Of a stretch of DNA of 47,669 nt, positions 18,783 through 27,579 are shown piece by piece. The translations under genes and the position numbers were made by a program. Under the pieces are notes generated by a model. The model was not told the DNA's origin. It did not search any database and worked only from the letters and a program-made list of their open reading frames with translations. The stretch spans positions 1-47,669 of the forward strand of contig JAGBPE010000112.1 in assembly GCA_017633495.1 (NCBI GenBank). Direction: 5' to 3'. Numbering within the stretch: position 1 is the first letter of the stretch; the number at the start of each line of letters is the position of its first letter. Source of the DNA: Bacteroidales bacterium. GTDB lineage: Bacteria; Bacteroidota; Bacteroidia; Bacteroidales; WCHB1-69.

Positions 18783-20021
18783 ATGAGTTATTTATTCACA
18801 TCAGAATCCGTGTCCGAGGGACACCCTGACAAAATCTGCGACCAGATTTCCGACGCTTTGTTGGATAGCTTTTTGGCGCAAGATCCCGAGTCGAAAGTTG
18901 CATGCGAAACGTTAGTTACTACCGGACTCGTGGTTTGTGCCGGCGAGGTGAAGACCGAAGGCTACGTCTCCGTGGACGATGTGGCGCGCCGCGTCATCAA
19001 GAACATCGGCTACAACAAAAGCGATTACCAGTTCGACTATAAGTCCTGTGGCGTGATTTCCACCATCCACAGCCAGTCGCCCGACATCAACCAGGGCGTG
19101 GAACGTGCTGCATTGGAAGACCAAGGCGCCGGCGACCAAGGCATGATGTTCGGTTACGCTTGCAACGAGATGGACAACTATATGCCTCTGCCTGTGGAAC
19201 TTGCACACCGCTTCGTGCAGGAGCTCGCCGCCATCCGCAAAGAGGGCAAGAAGATGAAATACTTGCGCCCCGATTCCAAATCGCAGGTCACCATCCAATA
19301 CTCCGAACGCCACAAACCCGAACGTATCGACAGCATCGTCGTTTCTACCCAGCACGATGAATTCGCAGACGAAGCCACTATGCTGGAGACCATCCGCAAG
19401 GATGTGGAAAAAATCCTGATTCCGAGAGTCAAGAAGAGCTGTCCGAAGAACGTACAACGACTCTTCAAGTCTGATTACCAACTGTTTGTCAACCCTACGG
19501 GTAAGTTCGTCATCGGCGGACCGCACGGCGACAGTGGACTTACAGGTCGCAAAATCATCGTCGATACCTACGGCGGCCGTGGTGCGCACGGCGGCGGTGC
19601 CTTCTCCGGCAAAGATCCCTCAAAGGTCGATCGTTCAGCTGCTTACGCCACCCGCCACATCGCCAAAAACATGGTGGCCGCTGGCTTGTGCGACCAGGTG
19701 CTCATCCAAGTAGCTTACGCCATCGGCAAGGCAGAACCCGTGGGCTTGTATGTCAACACCTACGGTACCGCCAAAGTGAAGATGCACGACAGCGAAATCG
19801 CCAAACGCATCGGCGAAATCTTCCCCATGCGTCCTTACGACATCATCAACCGTTTCCAACTCAAGAACCCGATCTACGAGCCCACCGCCTCCTACGGCCA
19901 TTTCGGTCGCGATTGCTACGAGGCCAAAGTGAAAACCGCAAAGGGCATGCGCAAGGTCACCTTCTTCCCTTGGGAGAAACTCGATTACGTTGACAAAATC
20001 AAAAAAGCATTCGAATTGTAA
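18783..20021 (+). CDS. metK: S-adenosylmethionine synthetase
   Basis: [32 protein letters not shown] and [16 protein letters not shown]. Confidence 0.97.
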   Translation: MSYLFTSESVSEGHPDKICDQISDALLDSFLAQDPESKVACETLVTTGLVVCAGEVKTEGYVSVDDVARRVIKNIGYNKSDYQFDYKSCGVISTIHSQSPDINQGVERAALEDQGAGDQGMMFGYACNEMDNYMPLPVELAHRFVQELAAIRKEGKKMKYLRPDSKSQVTIQYSERHKPERIDSIVVSTQHDEFADEATMLETIRKDVEKILIPRVKKSCPKNVQRLFKSDYQLFVNPTGKFVIGGPHGDSGLTGRKIIVDTYGGRGAHGGGAFSGKDPSKVDRSAAYATRHIAKNMVAAGLCDQVLIQVAYAIGKAEPVGLYVNTYGTAKVKMHDSEIAKRIGEIFPMRPYDIINRFQLKNPIYEPTASYGHFGRDCYEAKVKTAKGMRKVTFFPWEKLDYVDKIKKAFEL

Positions 20022-20027
20022 TTTCCT

Positions 20028-20055
20028 GTAGAGACGCGATTAATCGCGTCTCTAC
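20028..20055. repeat. 28-bp palindromic element, core type B (GTAGAGACGCGATTAATCGCGTCTCTAC)
   Basis: Perfect palindrome 7 nt after the metK stop, upstream of fabD. Confidence 0.9.
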
Positions 20056-20076
20056 ATTTATCAAAAGCAAATAAAA

Positions 20077-20970
20077 ATGACAAAAGCATACATTTTCCCC
20101 GGTCAAGGGTCACAACATCCCGGAATGGGACAGCAGCTGTTCGACCAATACGACAAGGCGAAGGACCTGTTCCGTCAGGCGGATGAAGTTTTGGGCTACT
20201 CCATCTCCGACATTATGTTTCACGGCACGGAAGAGCAGCTTAAGCAGACCAAATACACCCAATTGGCGATGTTTCTGCATGGATATATCGCCTACGAATG
20301 TCTTTACCGGAAGGCACCGGACATGACGGCTGGTCACTCCTTGGGCGAGTACACTGCGCTGACGGCTGCGGGCTGTCTGCGCTTTGAGGATGCCCTCCGT
20401 TTGGTGGAGAAACGTGCCAACGCCATGCAGAAGGCCTGCGAGTTGAAACCCTCCGGTATGGCTGTGGTGCTGAAATTCGACGACAAAATCATCGAAGAGG
20501 TTTGCGCCTCTATCACCGACGAGGTGGTGGTGCCAGCCAACTACAATTCCCAGCAACAGTTGGTGATTTCCGGCAGCCTCAAAGGTCTGGAAATAGCCGT
20601 TGAGAAGTTGAAAGAGGCTGGTGCAAAGCGAATTATGATGCTGAATGTGGGCGGTGCCTTCCACTCTCCGCTGATGCAGACCGCTCAGGACGAGCTGGCA
20701 GAAGCGATTGAAAAATGTACGTTCGGCAACCCGATTTGTCCGGTTTACCAGAATGTGAACGCTTCCGCCACCACCGATCCCGACCAGATTCGCCGCAACC
20801 TCGTGGCGCAGCTCACCTCGCCCGTGCGCTGGACGCAGACGGTGCTCAACATGGTTCACGACGGCGCTGACACCTTCGTGGAGTTCGGTCCCGCCCCCAC
20901 ACTCGGGAATCTCGTCAAACGCATCGTCCCCGAAATAGAACCCCAATGCTTAGGTACTGATAACGAATAA
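20077..20970 (+). CDS. fabD: Malonyl-CoA:ACP transacylase
   Basis: FPGQGSQ and active-site GHSLGEYTAL. Confidence 0.95.
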   Translation: MTKAYIFPGQGSQHPGMGQQLFDQYDKAKDLFRQADEVLGYSISDIMFHGTEEQLKQTKYTQLAMFLHGYIAYECLYRKAPDMTAGHSLGEYTALTAAGCLRFEDALRLVEKRANAMQKACELKPSGMAVVLKFDDKIIEEVCASITDEVVVPANYNSQQQLVISGSLKGLEIAVEKLKEAGAKRIMMLNVGGAFHSPLMQTAQDELAEAIEKCTFGNPICPVYQNVNASATTDPDQIRRNLVAQLTSPVRWTQTVLNMVHDGADTFVEFGPAPTLGNLVKRIVPEIEPQCLGTDNE

Positions 20971-21013
20971 CCCCAAACTCCCAACTCCCAAGTTATCAAT
21001 CTCAAATCAAACA
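20971..21013. repeat. Degenerate C-rich heptad tract CCCCAAA-CTCCCAA-CTCCCAA-GTTATCAA-TCTCAAA-TCAAACA
   Basis: Begins immediately after the fabD TAA stop. About 20 C and 1 G in roughly 49 nt. Confidence 0.7.
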
Positions 21014-21071
21014 TCATCCGTCATTATTTTACAACAATCACTTTTACCATATTATTGAATGAAAAAAAGTG

Positions 21072-21079
21072 TATTTTTG
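21072..21079 (+). promoter_or_regulatory. -7 box TATTTTTG for the TPR-ribH-fmt operon
   Basis: Lies 28 nt upstream of the ATG at 21107. Confidence 0.5.
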
Positions 21080-21106
21080 CACCCTTAAAAAATTAGACGT
21101 ATAATT

Positions 21107-21808
21107 ATGGCAAATACAGAAAATCTGGGCTCCAAGAAAAATGAGCAACTGCAAGAAAATGAGAACTTTGTAACGAAAACTCTTTCGTTCTTCAATAAGT
21201 ATCAGAACATCATCTATGGTGTCATTATCGGTGTTTTGGTGGTTATTCTCGCCATTTTGGCCTTCAACCGTTTCTATCTTCAGAAGAAGAACGCTGAAGC
21301 TTCCGCCCAAATCGTGCAACCCATTCATTGGTATATGCAGGGCGATTCTGCTTCCCTGAAAATGGCTCTTGAAGGTGACGCTGAAAACGATGGTTTTCTG
21401 GATATCGCCAGCGGCTACAAAATCACCAAGACTGCCAATACGGCCAACTATTATGCCGGTTTGACCTACCTGAAGCTCGGTCAAAAGGAAGATGCCATGG
21501 AGTATCTGAAAAAATTCAAGAAGAAAGAAGATGTGCTGTGGTACGCTTGTCAAGCCACCATCGGTGATCTCTATGACGAACAAGGTGACGAGGCTAAGGC
21601 TATCAGCTACTATGAGAAGGCTGCCAAGGGCAAAGATCCTTATTTCACTCCTATCGCGCTCTTCAAACTGGGCCAAATGTATGAGAGAAAGGGTGATTGG
21701 AAGAAAGCTCTGGACGCATACGAGACTATCGAAAAGAATTTCTACGCTGAGTATAACAAAATGAGCATTGCTCAATACACTGAAAGAGCAAAATCCAACG
21801 TAAAATAA
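21107..21808 (+). CDS. Membrane-anchored tetratricopeptide-repeat protein (YfgM-like)
   Basis: Single TM helix (IIYGVIIGVLVVILAILAF) followed by TPR-like helices. Sits upstream of ribH, as is common in Bacteroidota. Confidence 0.75.
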   Translation: MANTENLGSKKNEQLQENENFVTKTLSFFNKYQNIIYGVIIGVLVVILAILAFNRFYLQKKNAEASAQIVQPIHWYMQGDSASLKMALEGDAENDGFLDIASGYKITKTANTANYYAGLTYLKLGQKEDAMEYLKKFKKKEDVLWYACQATIGDLYDEQGDEAKAISYYEKAAKGKDPYFTPIALFKLGQMYERKGDWKKALDAYETIEKNFYAEYNKMSIAQYTERAKSNVK

Positions 21809-21812
21809 TATA

Positions 21813-22301
21813 ATGACTGAAAAGAAGAAAAACTTATCGGAATTCACCCCCTTCGAGTTTTCTTCCGCAGATAAAAAAGTAATCGGTATTGTGGTCAGCG
21901 AATGGAATGACCGCATTACCGATTCTCTTTTAAATGGTGCGAAAGAGAGCCTGTTGGAGCATGGCGTAAAGGCTGAGAACATTCATGTGCACTATGTTCC
22001 CGGTAGTTTTGAACTCCCGCTGGGCGCCAAATGGATGCTGGAGAATACGAGCGTGGATGCGGTCATCTGCATCGGCTGCATCATCCAAGGCGAAACCCGC
22101 CATTTCGACTTCATTGCGCAGGCGGTGGCCGACGGCATCATGAAAGTGGGACTGAAGTTCTCCAGACCGGTGATTTTCAGCGTTCTGACTTGCAACAATA
22201 TGCAACAGGCAGAAGACCGTGCCGGTGGCAAACATGGTAACAAGGGTGTGGAAGGCGCCGTTTCCGCATTGAAAATGTTATCGTTAGAGGAATCGTTATG
22301 A
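21813..22301 (+). CDS. ribH: 6,7-dimethyl-8-ribityllumazine synthase
   Basis: IGIVVSEWNDRIT.., VPGSFELP and G.IIQGETRHFDF. Confidence 0.95.
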   Translation: MTEKKKNLSEFTPFEFSSADKKVIGIVVSEWNDRITDSLLNGAKESLLEHGVKAENIHVHYVPGSFELPLGAKWMLENTSVDAVICIGCIIQGETRHFDFIAQAVADGIMKVGLKFSRPVIFSVLTCNNMQQAEDRAGGKHGNKGVEGAVSALKMLSLEESL

Positions 22302-23269
22302 AAAAATTACGAGTATGTTTCATGGGCACGCCCGAGTTCGCGGTCGCCACGCTGGACGCCATACGCAAGGCTGGTCACGAGGTGGTCTGTGTGGTTACCA
22401 CCCCCGACAAACCCGCAGGTCGTGGCCAGCAGATGCATTGTTCCGACGTGAAACAGTATGCCCTTGAGCATCAACTTCCTGTGCTGCAGCCTGAAAAGCT
22501 CAAAGACGATAGCTTTGTCGAAGATTTGCGCGATTATTACGCCGATGTCTTCGTAGTGGTGGCTTTCCGCATGTTGCCGAAGTGCGTCTACGCGATGCCG
22601 CCGTTAGGTACCTTTAACGTACACGCTTCGCTGCTACCCCAATATCGTGGCGCTGCGCCCATCCAACGGGCCATTATGAACGGCGAGACCAAGAGCGGCG
22701 TGACCACCTTCTTGCTGGATGAGCACACCGACACTGGCGAAATGCTGTTGCAAAAAGAGGTTGAAATCACTCACGAGGACAATGCTGGCACCCTTCACGA
22801 CAAACTGATGGCGGCCGGCGCGGAAGTCGCGGTGGAGACCCTCCGTCAACTGGCCGAAGGAGAAACACACCCGATGCCTCAACCCGAGGTAGCAGTGCTG
22901 AAACCCGCTCCGAAAATCTTCAAGGAGGATATGCTCATCCGTTGGGACGACACCGCCGAGAATATCTATAACCACGTTCGCGGTTTGTCACCCTATCCCG
23001 CAGCGTTCACGCGCATCGGTTTTCGTACCTCCCCTGAGCAGGAGTGGAAACCCTGCGTACTGAAAATTTTCGAGGTCGAAATTACGGATAGAAAAAGTGT
23101 TCAACAACCGGGTACAATCCTCTATGACACAGAGAAAAAACTGTTTGTTTCTACCCAAAATTGCGACATTTCCGTCAAAATTCTCCAAATTGAAGGCAAA
23201 AAGAGAATGAAGACGGAAGATTTTCTTGTTGGATTTAGAAAAAATAATTATACGAATTACTTATTTTAG
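22298..23269 (+). CDS. fmt: Methionyl-tRNA formyltransferase
   Basis: FMGTPEFAV, NVHASLLPQYRGAAPI. 4-nt overlap with ribH. Confidence 0.95.
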   Translation: MKKLRVCFMGTPEFAVATLDAIRKAGHEVVCVVTTPDKPAGRGQQMHCSDVKQYALEHQLPVLQPEKLKDDSFVEDLRDYYADVFVVVAFRMLPKCVYAMPPLGTFNVHASLLPQYRGAAPIQRAIMNGETKSGVTTFLLDEHTDTGEMLLQKEVEITHEDNAGTLHDKLMAAGAEVAVETLRQLAEGETHPMPQPEVAVLKPAPKIFKEDMLIRWDDTAENIYNHVRGLSPYPAAFTRIGFRTSPEQEWKPCVLKIFEVEITDRKSVQQPGTILYDTEKKLFVSTQNCDISVKILQIEGKKRMKTEDFLVGFRKNNYTNYLF

Positions 23270-23363
23270 TATACAATACTAGGGTTGTTGTATTCGGTTT
23301 ATCAACTTTGAAGCATTATTTATTCACAATCCAATAATAGAAGTTGTTTTTTACAAATTTTGC

Positions 23364-23371
23364 TAACTTTG
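23364..23371 (+). promoter_or_regulatory. -7 box TAACTTTG for the HU gene
   Basis: Lies 41 nt upstream of the ATG at 23412. Confidence 0.5.
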
Positions 23372-23411
23372 TAGCTCAAATTCATTTATTAACCTTTTAA
23401 AATTAAAAAAT

Positions 23412-23678
23412 ATGAACAAGAGCGAATTAATTAATTCAATGGCTGAGAAAGCCAACTTAACAAAAGTTCAAGCCAAAGCCGCTTTGGAAGCTTTCCTTTC
23501 ATCTGCAGAAGATGCTTTGAAAAAAGACGACAAACTCTCTTTGATCGGTTTTGGTACTTTCAGCACTGTTGAGCGTAAAGCAAGAGTGGGTCACAATCCT
23601 GCTAACGGCAAGAAGATCAACATCCCTGCCAAGAAGGTTGTGAAATTCAAACCCGGTTCAAACTTTTCTGAAAAATAA
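23412..23678 (+). CDS. hup: HU-family DNA-binding protein
   Basis: 88 aa, MNKSELI..GFGTFSTVERKARVGHNPANGKKINIPAKKVVKFKPG. Confidence 0.95.
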   Translation: MNKSELINSMAEKANLTKVQAKAALEAFLSSAEDALKKDDKLSLIGFGTFSTVERKARVGHNPANGKKINIPAKKVVKFKPGSNFSEK

Positions 23679-23702
23679 GAGTGAACTTTTCCGTAGTGAA
23701 AT

Positions 23703-23729
23703 AAAAAGCCCTGAATAAGGGCTTTTTTA
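23703..23729 (+). terminator. Intrinsic terminator after the HU gene
   Basis: AAAAAGCCC-TGAATAA-GGGCTTTTTT hairpin plus a T-run, 25 nt after the HU stop. Confidence 0.7.
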
Positions 23730-23743
23730 TTTGTATTCATTAT

Positions 23744-24442
23744 ATGAAGAAAATAGAAGACAAAAATCTGAGAGACAAAGTCGTTGCCTATCTGGAACAA
23801 TTTGTCACGGAAGAGCGTCAGGCGAGACTGACCGAAATTCTGGCGAACCGCACCCGCCATGTCACCGTGGTGCTGGAGGATTTGTTCCAGACGCAGAACA
23901 TCAGCGCTGTATTGCGCACCTGCGACTGCTACGGTGTGCAGGACGTGCACGTGATCAAGCACCGCAATGAGTTCGAGGTTCATAAAGACATCAGCATGGG
24001 AGCCGACAAGTGGCTCAACATTTACCAATATCCGCACAGCGATCACAATGTGAAGGATTGCATCGATCGGCTGCATGAACAAGGCTATTGGGTGGCCGCA
24101 ACGCTTCCTGACGAGCAAAAACGCACCATTTTCGACCTGCCAGTGGAGCGGAAAACGGCCTTTTTGTTCGGTACTGAACTCACCGGCCTTTCCGACGAAG
24201 CCATCAAATACGCCGACGGTAATGTACTGATTCCGATGTACGGCTTCACCGAGAGTTTCAACATCTCCAACTCCGCGGCCATCATCCTTTCGCACTTTAG
24301 CGAGCGGATGCGCCACTCAGAAGCACAATGGCAACTTCCATCCGAAGAAAAAGAGGAATTATACTTCGAATGGCTGCAGAAAAGCGTTAAAAATCCGGAC
24401 GGATTGATTGAATATTACCTAAAACACCAGCAGGAACAGTAG
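23744..24442 (+). CDS. SpoU/TrmH-family RNA 2'-O-methyltransferase
   Basis: SPOUT motifs (NISAVLRTCD, FLFGTELTGLS, ESFNISNSAAIIL). Confidence 0.85.
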   Translation: MKKIEDKNLRDKVVAYLEQFVTEERQARLTEILANRTRHVTVVLEDLFQTQNISAVLRTCDCYGVQDVHVIKHRNEFEVHKDISMGADKWLNIYQYPHSDHNVKDCIDRLHEQGYWVAATLPDEQKRTIFDLPVERKTAFLFGTELTGLSDEAIKYADGNVLIPMYGFTESFNISNSAAIILSHFSERMRHSEAQWQLPSEEKEELYFEWLQKSVKNPDGLIEYYLKHQQEQ

Positions 24443-24445
24443 TTT

Positions 24446-26368
24446 CTACATCCTGCTCCACGCTTCGCGAATCGTCTTTTCCATCGACTCCTCGTCGAAA
24501 CCGACCTCTTTGTAGAGGTGCGGAATGTCGCCATGCGTGATGAATTGGTCAGGCAGCGCGATATGCATCAAATGTGGCCGTGCTGTAGAGACGATGTGTA
24601 CATCGTCTCTACGGTCAAGGAATTCTGCGATTTCAGAAAATAGCCCCCCCTTCTCCGTGCCATCCTCCACCGTGATCCAAATCGGATATTGCTTTGCAAA
24701 CTCTTCCAATGCACTTTCATCCAGTGGTTTAAGGAATCTCACATCGAAATGTGCAGGCTTAATTCCCTCTTGTTCCAACTTGTCGAGCACATGCATGACG
24801 TTGTTTCCTAACGGTCCTAACGTCAACATCAGCACCTTTTCACCTTCACGCAACAAACGACCCTTTCCGACGGGCAACGCTTGCGGTTCGTTGTGCCAGT
24901 CGATGAGCACGCCGCGACCTCTCGGGTAGCGAATCACAAACGGAAGTCCCTGATTCTTCCCATTTTGGTAAGCAGTGAGCATCAGATTACGCAATTCATG
25001 CTCGTTCAGAGGGGACGAGATAATCAGATCGGGAATGCAGCGCAGAAACGCCAAATCGAACGCTCCCTGATGCGTGGAACCATCCTCGCCAACCAAACCG
25101 GCGCGGTCGATGCAGAAGATGACGGGCAACTTTTGCAATGCCACATCGTGAATCACCTGATCGTAGCCGCGTTGCAGGAACGAAGAATAGATGTTACAGA
25201 ACGGCACGTAACCCTCTGTAGCTAAGCCAGCTGAGAAGGTGACGGCGTGTTGTTCGGCGATGCCCACATCGAAAACACGCTCCGGATACACCTTATCCAT
25301 GATGGTAAGGGAGCATCCAGTGGCCATGGCGGGCGTGATGCCAACCACCTTTTCGTCCTTTCGTGCGAATTCCAAAATGGTGTTGCCGAAAACATCCTGA
25401 TATTTAGGCGGTTGTTGTGTAGATTCACTCTTGATAATTTTGCCCGTTTCGGGATCGAATTGCCCCGGAGCGTGGTACTGAGTCTGGTTCTGCTCGGCAG
25501 CTTCCAAACCCTTGCCCTTCACGGTGAGCACATGGAAGACTTTCTGTCCGGGCAACGACTTGAGTCCCTTGAGCATTTTCACCAGATAGACCACATCGTG
25601 GCCGTCGGCGGGACCGAAGTAGCGGTAACCGAGACTCTGAAACCAGTTGCTGCCGCCAAACAGCCATCCTTTGATTGAGTTGCCCATCTTGCTGAAAAAG
25701 TTGGTGACGCGGTTCGGATGGTTTGTCCGGAAAGTGAAGAAGTTCCACATGCGACTTTTCATCCGGTTGTAGGCAGGCGACGCGGTGATGGAGAGCAGAT
25801 ATTTGCTCATCGCACCGGTACTTTTATCGATAGAAATCTTGTTGTCGTTGAGAATTACCAGCATGTTGACATCGCGGTAAGGTGCTTGGTTCATGGCTTC
25901 GAAGGCCATGCCGCCACCGATGGCACCGTCGCCAATCACCGCAATGTGGTTGCGTTTCATGTTGCCATCCATTTTCGCGGCCATAGCCATACCCAAGGCG
26001 GCAGAGATGGAGGTGGAGGAGTGTCCCGTGCCGAAAGCGTCGAATTCGCTCTCCTCGCGACGCGGGAATCCACTAATGCCGCCATAGCGTCGGTTGGTGC
26101 TGAACTGCTCCTTGCGGCCGGTCAGTATCTTGTGGCAATAGGCCTGGTGACCCACGTCCCAAATCAACTTGTCATCCGGCGTGTCAAAAACATAGTGGAT
26201 CGCTACCGTCAGCTCTACCACGCCCAAACTCGATCCGAGGTGTCCCGGATGCTTGGCAGTCTGCTCGATGATGAACTGTCGCAACTCATCGCAAAGCTGC
26301 GGCAGCTGATTGACCGGCAATTTGCGCAGGTCTTCCACCGAATTGATTGTTGACAACAGATTTTCCAT
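24446..26368 (-). CDS. dxs: 1-deoxy-D-xylulose-5-phosphate synthase
   Basis: Start placed at MENLLSTINSVEDLRKL (ATG at 26368, TAATG overlap with the upstream GT4 stop). Motifs: GHLGSSLGVVEL, GDGAIGGGMAFEAMN, PDQFITHG. The track ORF reaching 26497 is an upstream extension. Confidence 0.93.
   Translation of the reverse strand: MENLLSTINSVEDLRKLPVNQLPQLCDELRQFIIEQTAKHPGHLGSSLGVVELTVAIHYVFDTPDDKLIWDVGHQAYCHKILTGRKEQFSTNRRYGGISGFPRREESEFDAFGTGHSSTSISAALGMAMAAKMDGNMKRNHIAVIGDGAIGGGMAFEAMNQAPYRDVNMLVILNDNKISIDKSTGAMSKYLLSITASPAYNRMKSRMWNFFTFRTNHPNRVTNFFSKMGNSIKGWLFGGSNWFQSLGYRYFGPADGHDVVYLVKMLKGLKSLPGQKVFHVLTVKGKGLEAAEQNQTQYHAPGQFDPETGKIIKSESTQQPPKYQDVFGNTILEFARKDEKVVGITPAMATGCSLTIMDKVYPERVFDVGIAEQHAVTFSAGLATEGYVPFCNIYSSFLQRGYDQVIHDVALQKLPVIFCIDRAGLVGEDGSTHQGAFDLAFLRCIPDLIISSPLNEHELRNLMLTAYQNGKNQGLPFVIRYPRGRGVLIDWHNEPQALPVGKGRLLREGEKVLMLTLGPLGNNVMHVLDKLEQEGIKPAHFDVRFLKPLDESALEEFAKQYPIWITVEDGTEKGGLFSEIAEFLDRRDDVHIVSTARPHLMHIALPDQFITHGDIPHLYKEVGFDEESMEKTIREAWSRM
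24586..24613. repeat. 28-bp palindromic element, core type A (GTAGAGACGATGTGTACATCGTCTCTAC), inside the dxs CDS
   Basis: Read directly from the sequence. It is translated in-frame as ..RRDDVHIVST.. near the Dxs C-terminus. Confidence 0.9.
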
Positions 26369-27579
26369 TATTTTGCTGATACTTGTTGGTAGAAATCCGT
26401 GATTCTTTGTGCAATAACCGTATTGTTGTGGTTTACGGAGATGTAATGCTGGGCGTTCTCGCTGATGATGGAGCACAGGTCGGGCATCGCCACGCATTTG
26501 TTGATGACCGCTACAAATTCTTCGGGCGTGTTGGCGATAAACAGATGCTTACCATCCTGAACGTCAAGACCTTCCGCACCGATGGTTGTGGTGATTACCA
26601 CACGTCCCAATGCCATGGCCTCCACAATTTTGATGCGAATGCCGCTACCGGAAAGCAAGGGCACCACCATAATGTCGTAGTCCATCATGAACTCGTTGGC
26701 ATTCGGCACAGCCCCAACAACCTCTACATTAGGGTCGTTGCGCTGTTTGAGTCGCTCGGGAATGTCGTGACCAGCGAGGGTAAAGGTCAGCTTAGGATGC
26801 GCTGCATGGATTTCGGGCCACACCTCATCCAAAAACCATTCGATGCCCTCCACGTTCGGTGACCAGTTCATGCTGCCCAAGTGGAACAACGCAGGTTCGT
26901 CGGTGGCAATAAAGTCGTCATCCTCCATTTCGTAGTTGTCCACATTGATGCCGAAGGGGATGACGATTCCCGGCACATCGGGCGCGGTTTCGTGAAAATA
27001 TTGGTAGTCAGGTTCAGAAATCGACATATAGCCATCCAATTCATGCAGAATTTTCTTCTCCACGCGCTGAAGCTGGTTCGCATTCACACGATAGGCCAAT
27101 TTCATGATAGGGTTGTGTACATTTTCAGAAAGGCGCTCCCAAATTTGATGCTCAATGTTGTGCAAGCGCATGAGAATCTTCGCTTTGGAATGCTTGCGAA
27201 TGAGCGGAATGTAGGGAGCCATGTAGATGGACTCAATATGGATGATGTCGAAATCCTCCTTTTTCAGAATCTCCAACAGCTTATTAGCCATGTTTTTGCT
27301 ATAAAACCGGTTGATTTGGTAGGATTTTCCGGTAAAAAGCGTCTTTAAGGCTTCGATTTTGTGCGGTGTGGTGTCAATAAACACCGTTTCAAAACGGGTT
27401 TTCGTCAAATAAGACTGTGAGTAAGCCGAGATGACGAAGGGATGTTTCGGCGTGGACACAGCAAGTACCTTCACGTCCATTCCACTGTCCAACAAGCACT
27501 GCGTGATGTTGTGGATCGCGATACAACCTCCGTCGATGGTAGGCAAAGGGGGTTTATGACAAAGTTGAAGAATCTTCAT
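26368..27579 (-). CDS. Glycosyltransferase family 4 (GT-B, group 1)
   Basis: MKILQLCHKPPLPTIDGG.. N-terminus, with a C-terminal GT1 region (VVPLLSGSGIRIKIVEAMALGRVVITT). The start could also be 27594. Confidence 0.8.
   Translation of the reverse strand: MKILQLCHKPPLPTIDGGCIAIHNITQCLLDSGMDVKVLAVSTPKHPFVISAYSQSYLTKTRFETVFIDTTPHKIEALKTLFTGKSYQINRFYSKNMANKLLEILKKEDFDIIHIESIYMAPYIPLIRKHSKAKILMRLHNIEHQIWERLSENVHNPIMKLAYRVNANQLQRVEKKILHELDGYMSISEPDYQYFHETAPDVPGIVIPFGINVDNYEMEDDDFIATDEPALFHLGSMNWSPNVEGIEWFLDEVWPEIHAAHPKLTFTLAGHDIPERLKQRNDPNVEVVGAVPNANEFMMDYDIMVVPLLSGSGIRIKIVEAMALGRVVITTTIGAEGLDVQDGKHLFIANTPEEFVAVINKCVAMPDLCSIISENAQHYISVNHNNTVIAQRITDFYQQVSAK

Noticed and set aside
23270-23411. Possible small RNA or hairpin (ATACAA..TTGTAT) downstream of fmt.
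   Set aside because: The stem is only 6 bp with an 11-nt loop and no U-tract. The region is better explained as the HU promoter region.
26369-26497. N-terminal extensions of track ORFs (dxs to 26497, GT2 to 33856, the SRD5A-like gene to 6478, MFP to 5587, the fusion gene to 36083).
   Set aside because: The extensions overlap the preceding gene or use TTG starts. A conserved-looking N-terminus begins at an internal ATG in each case.
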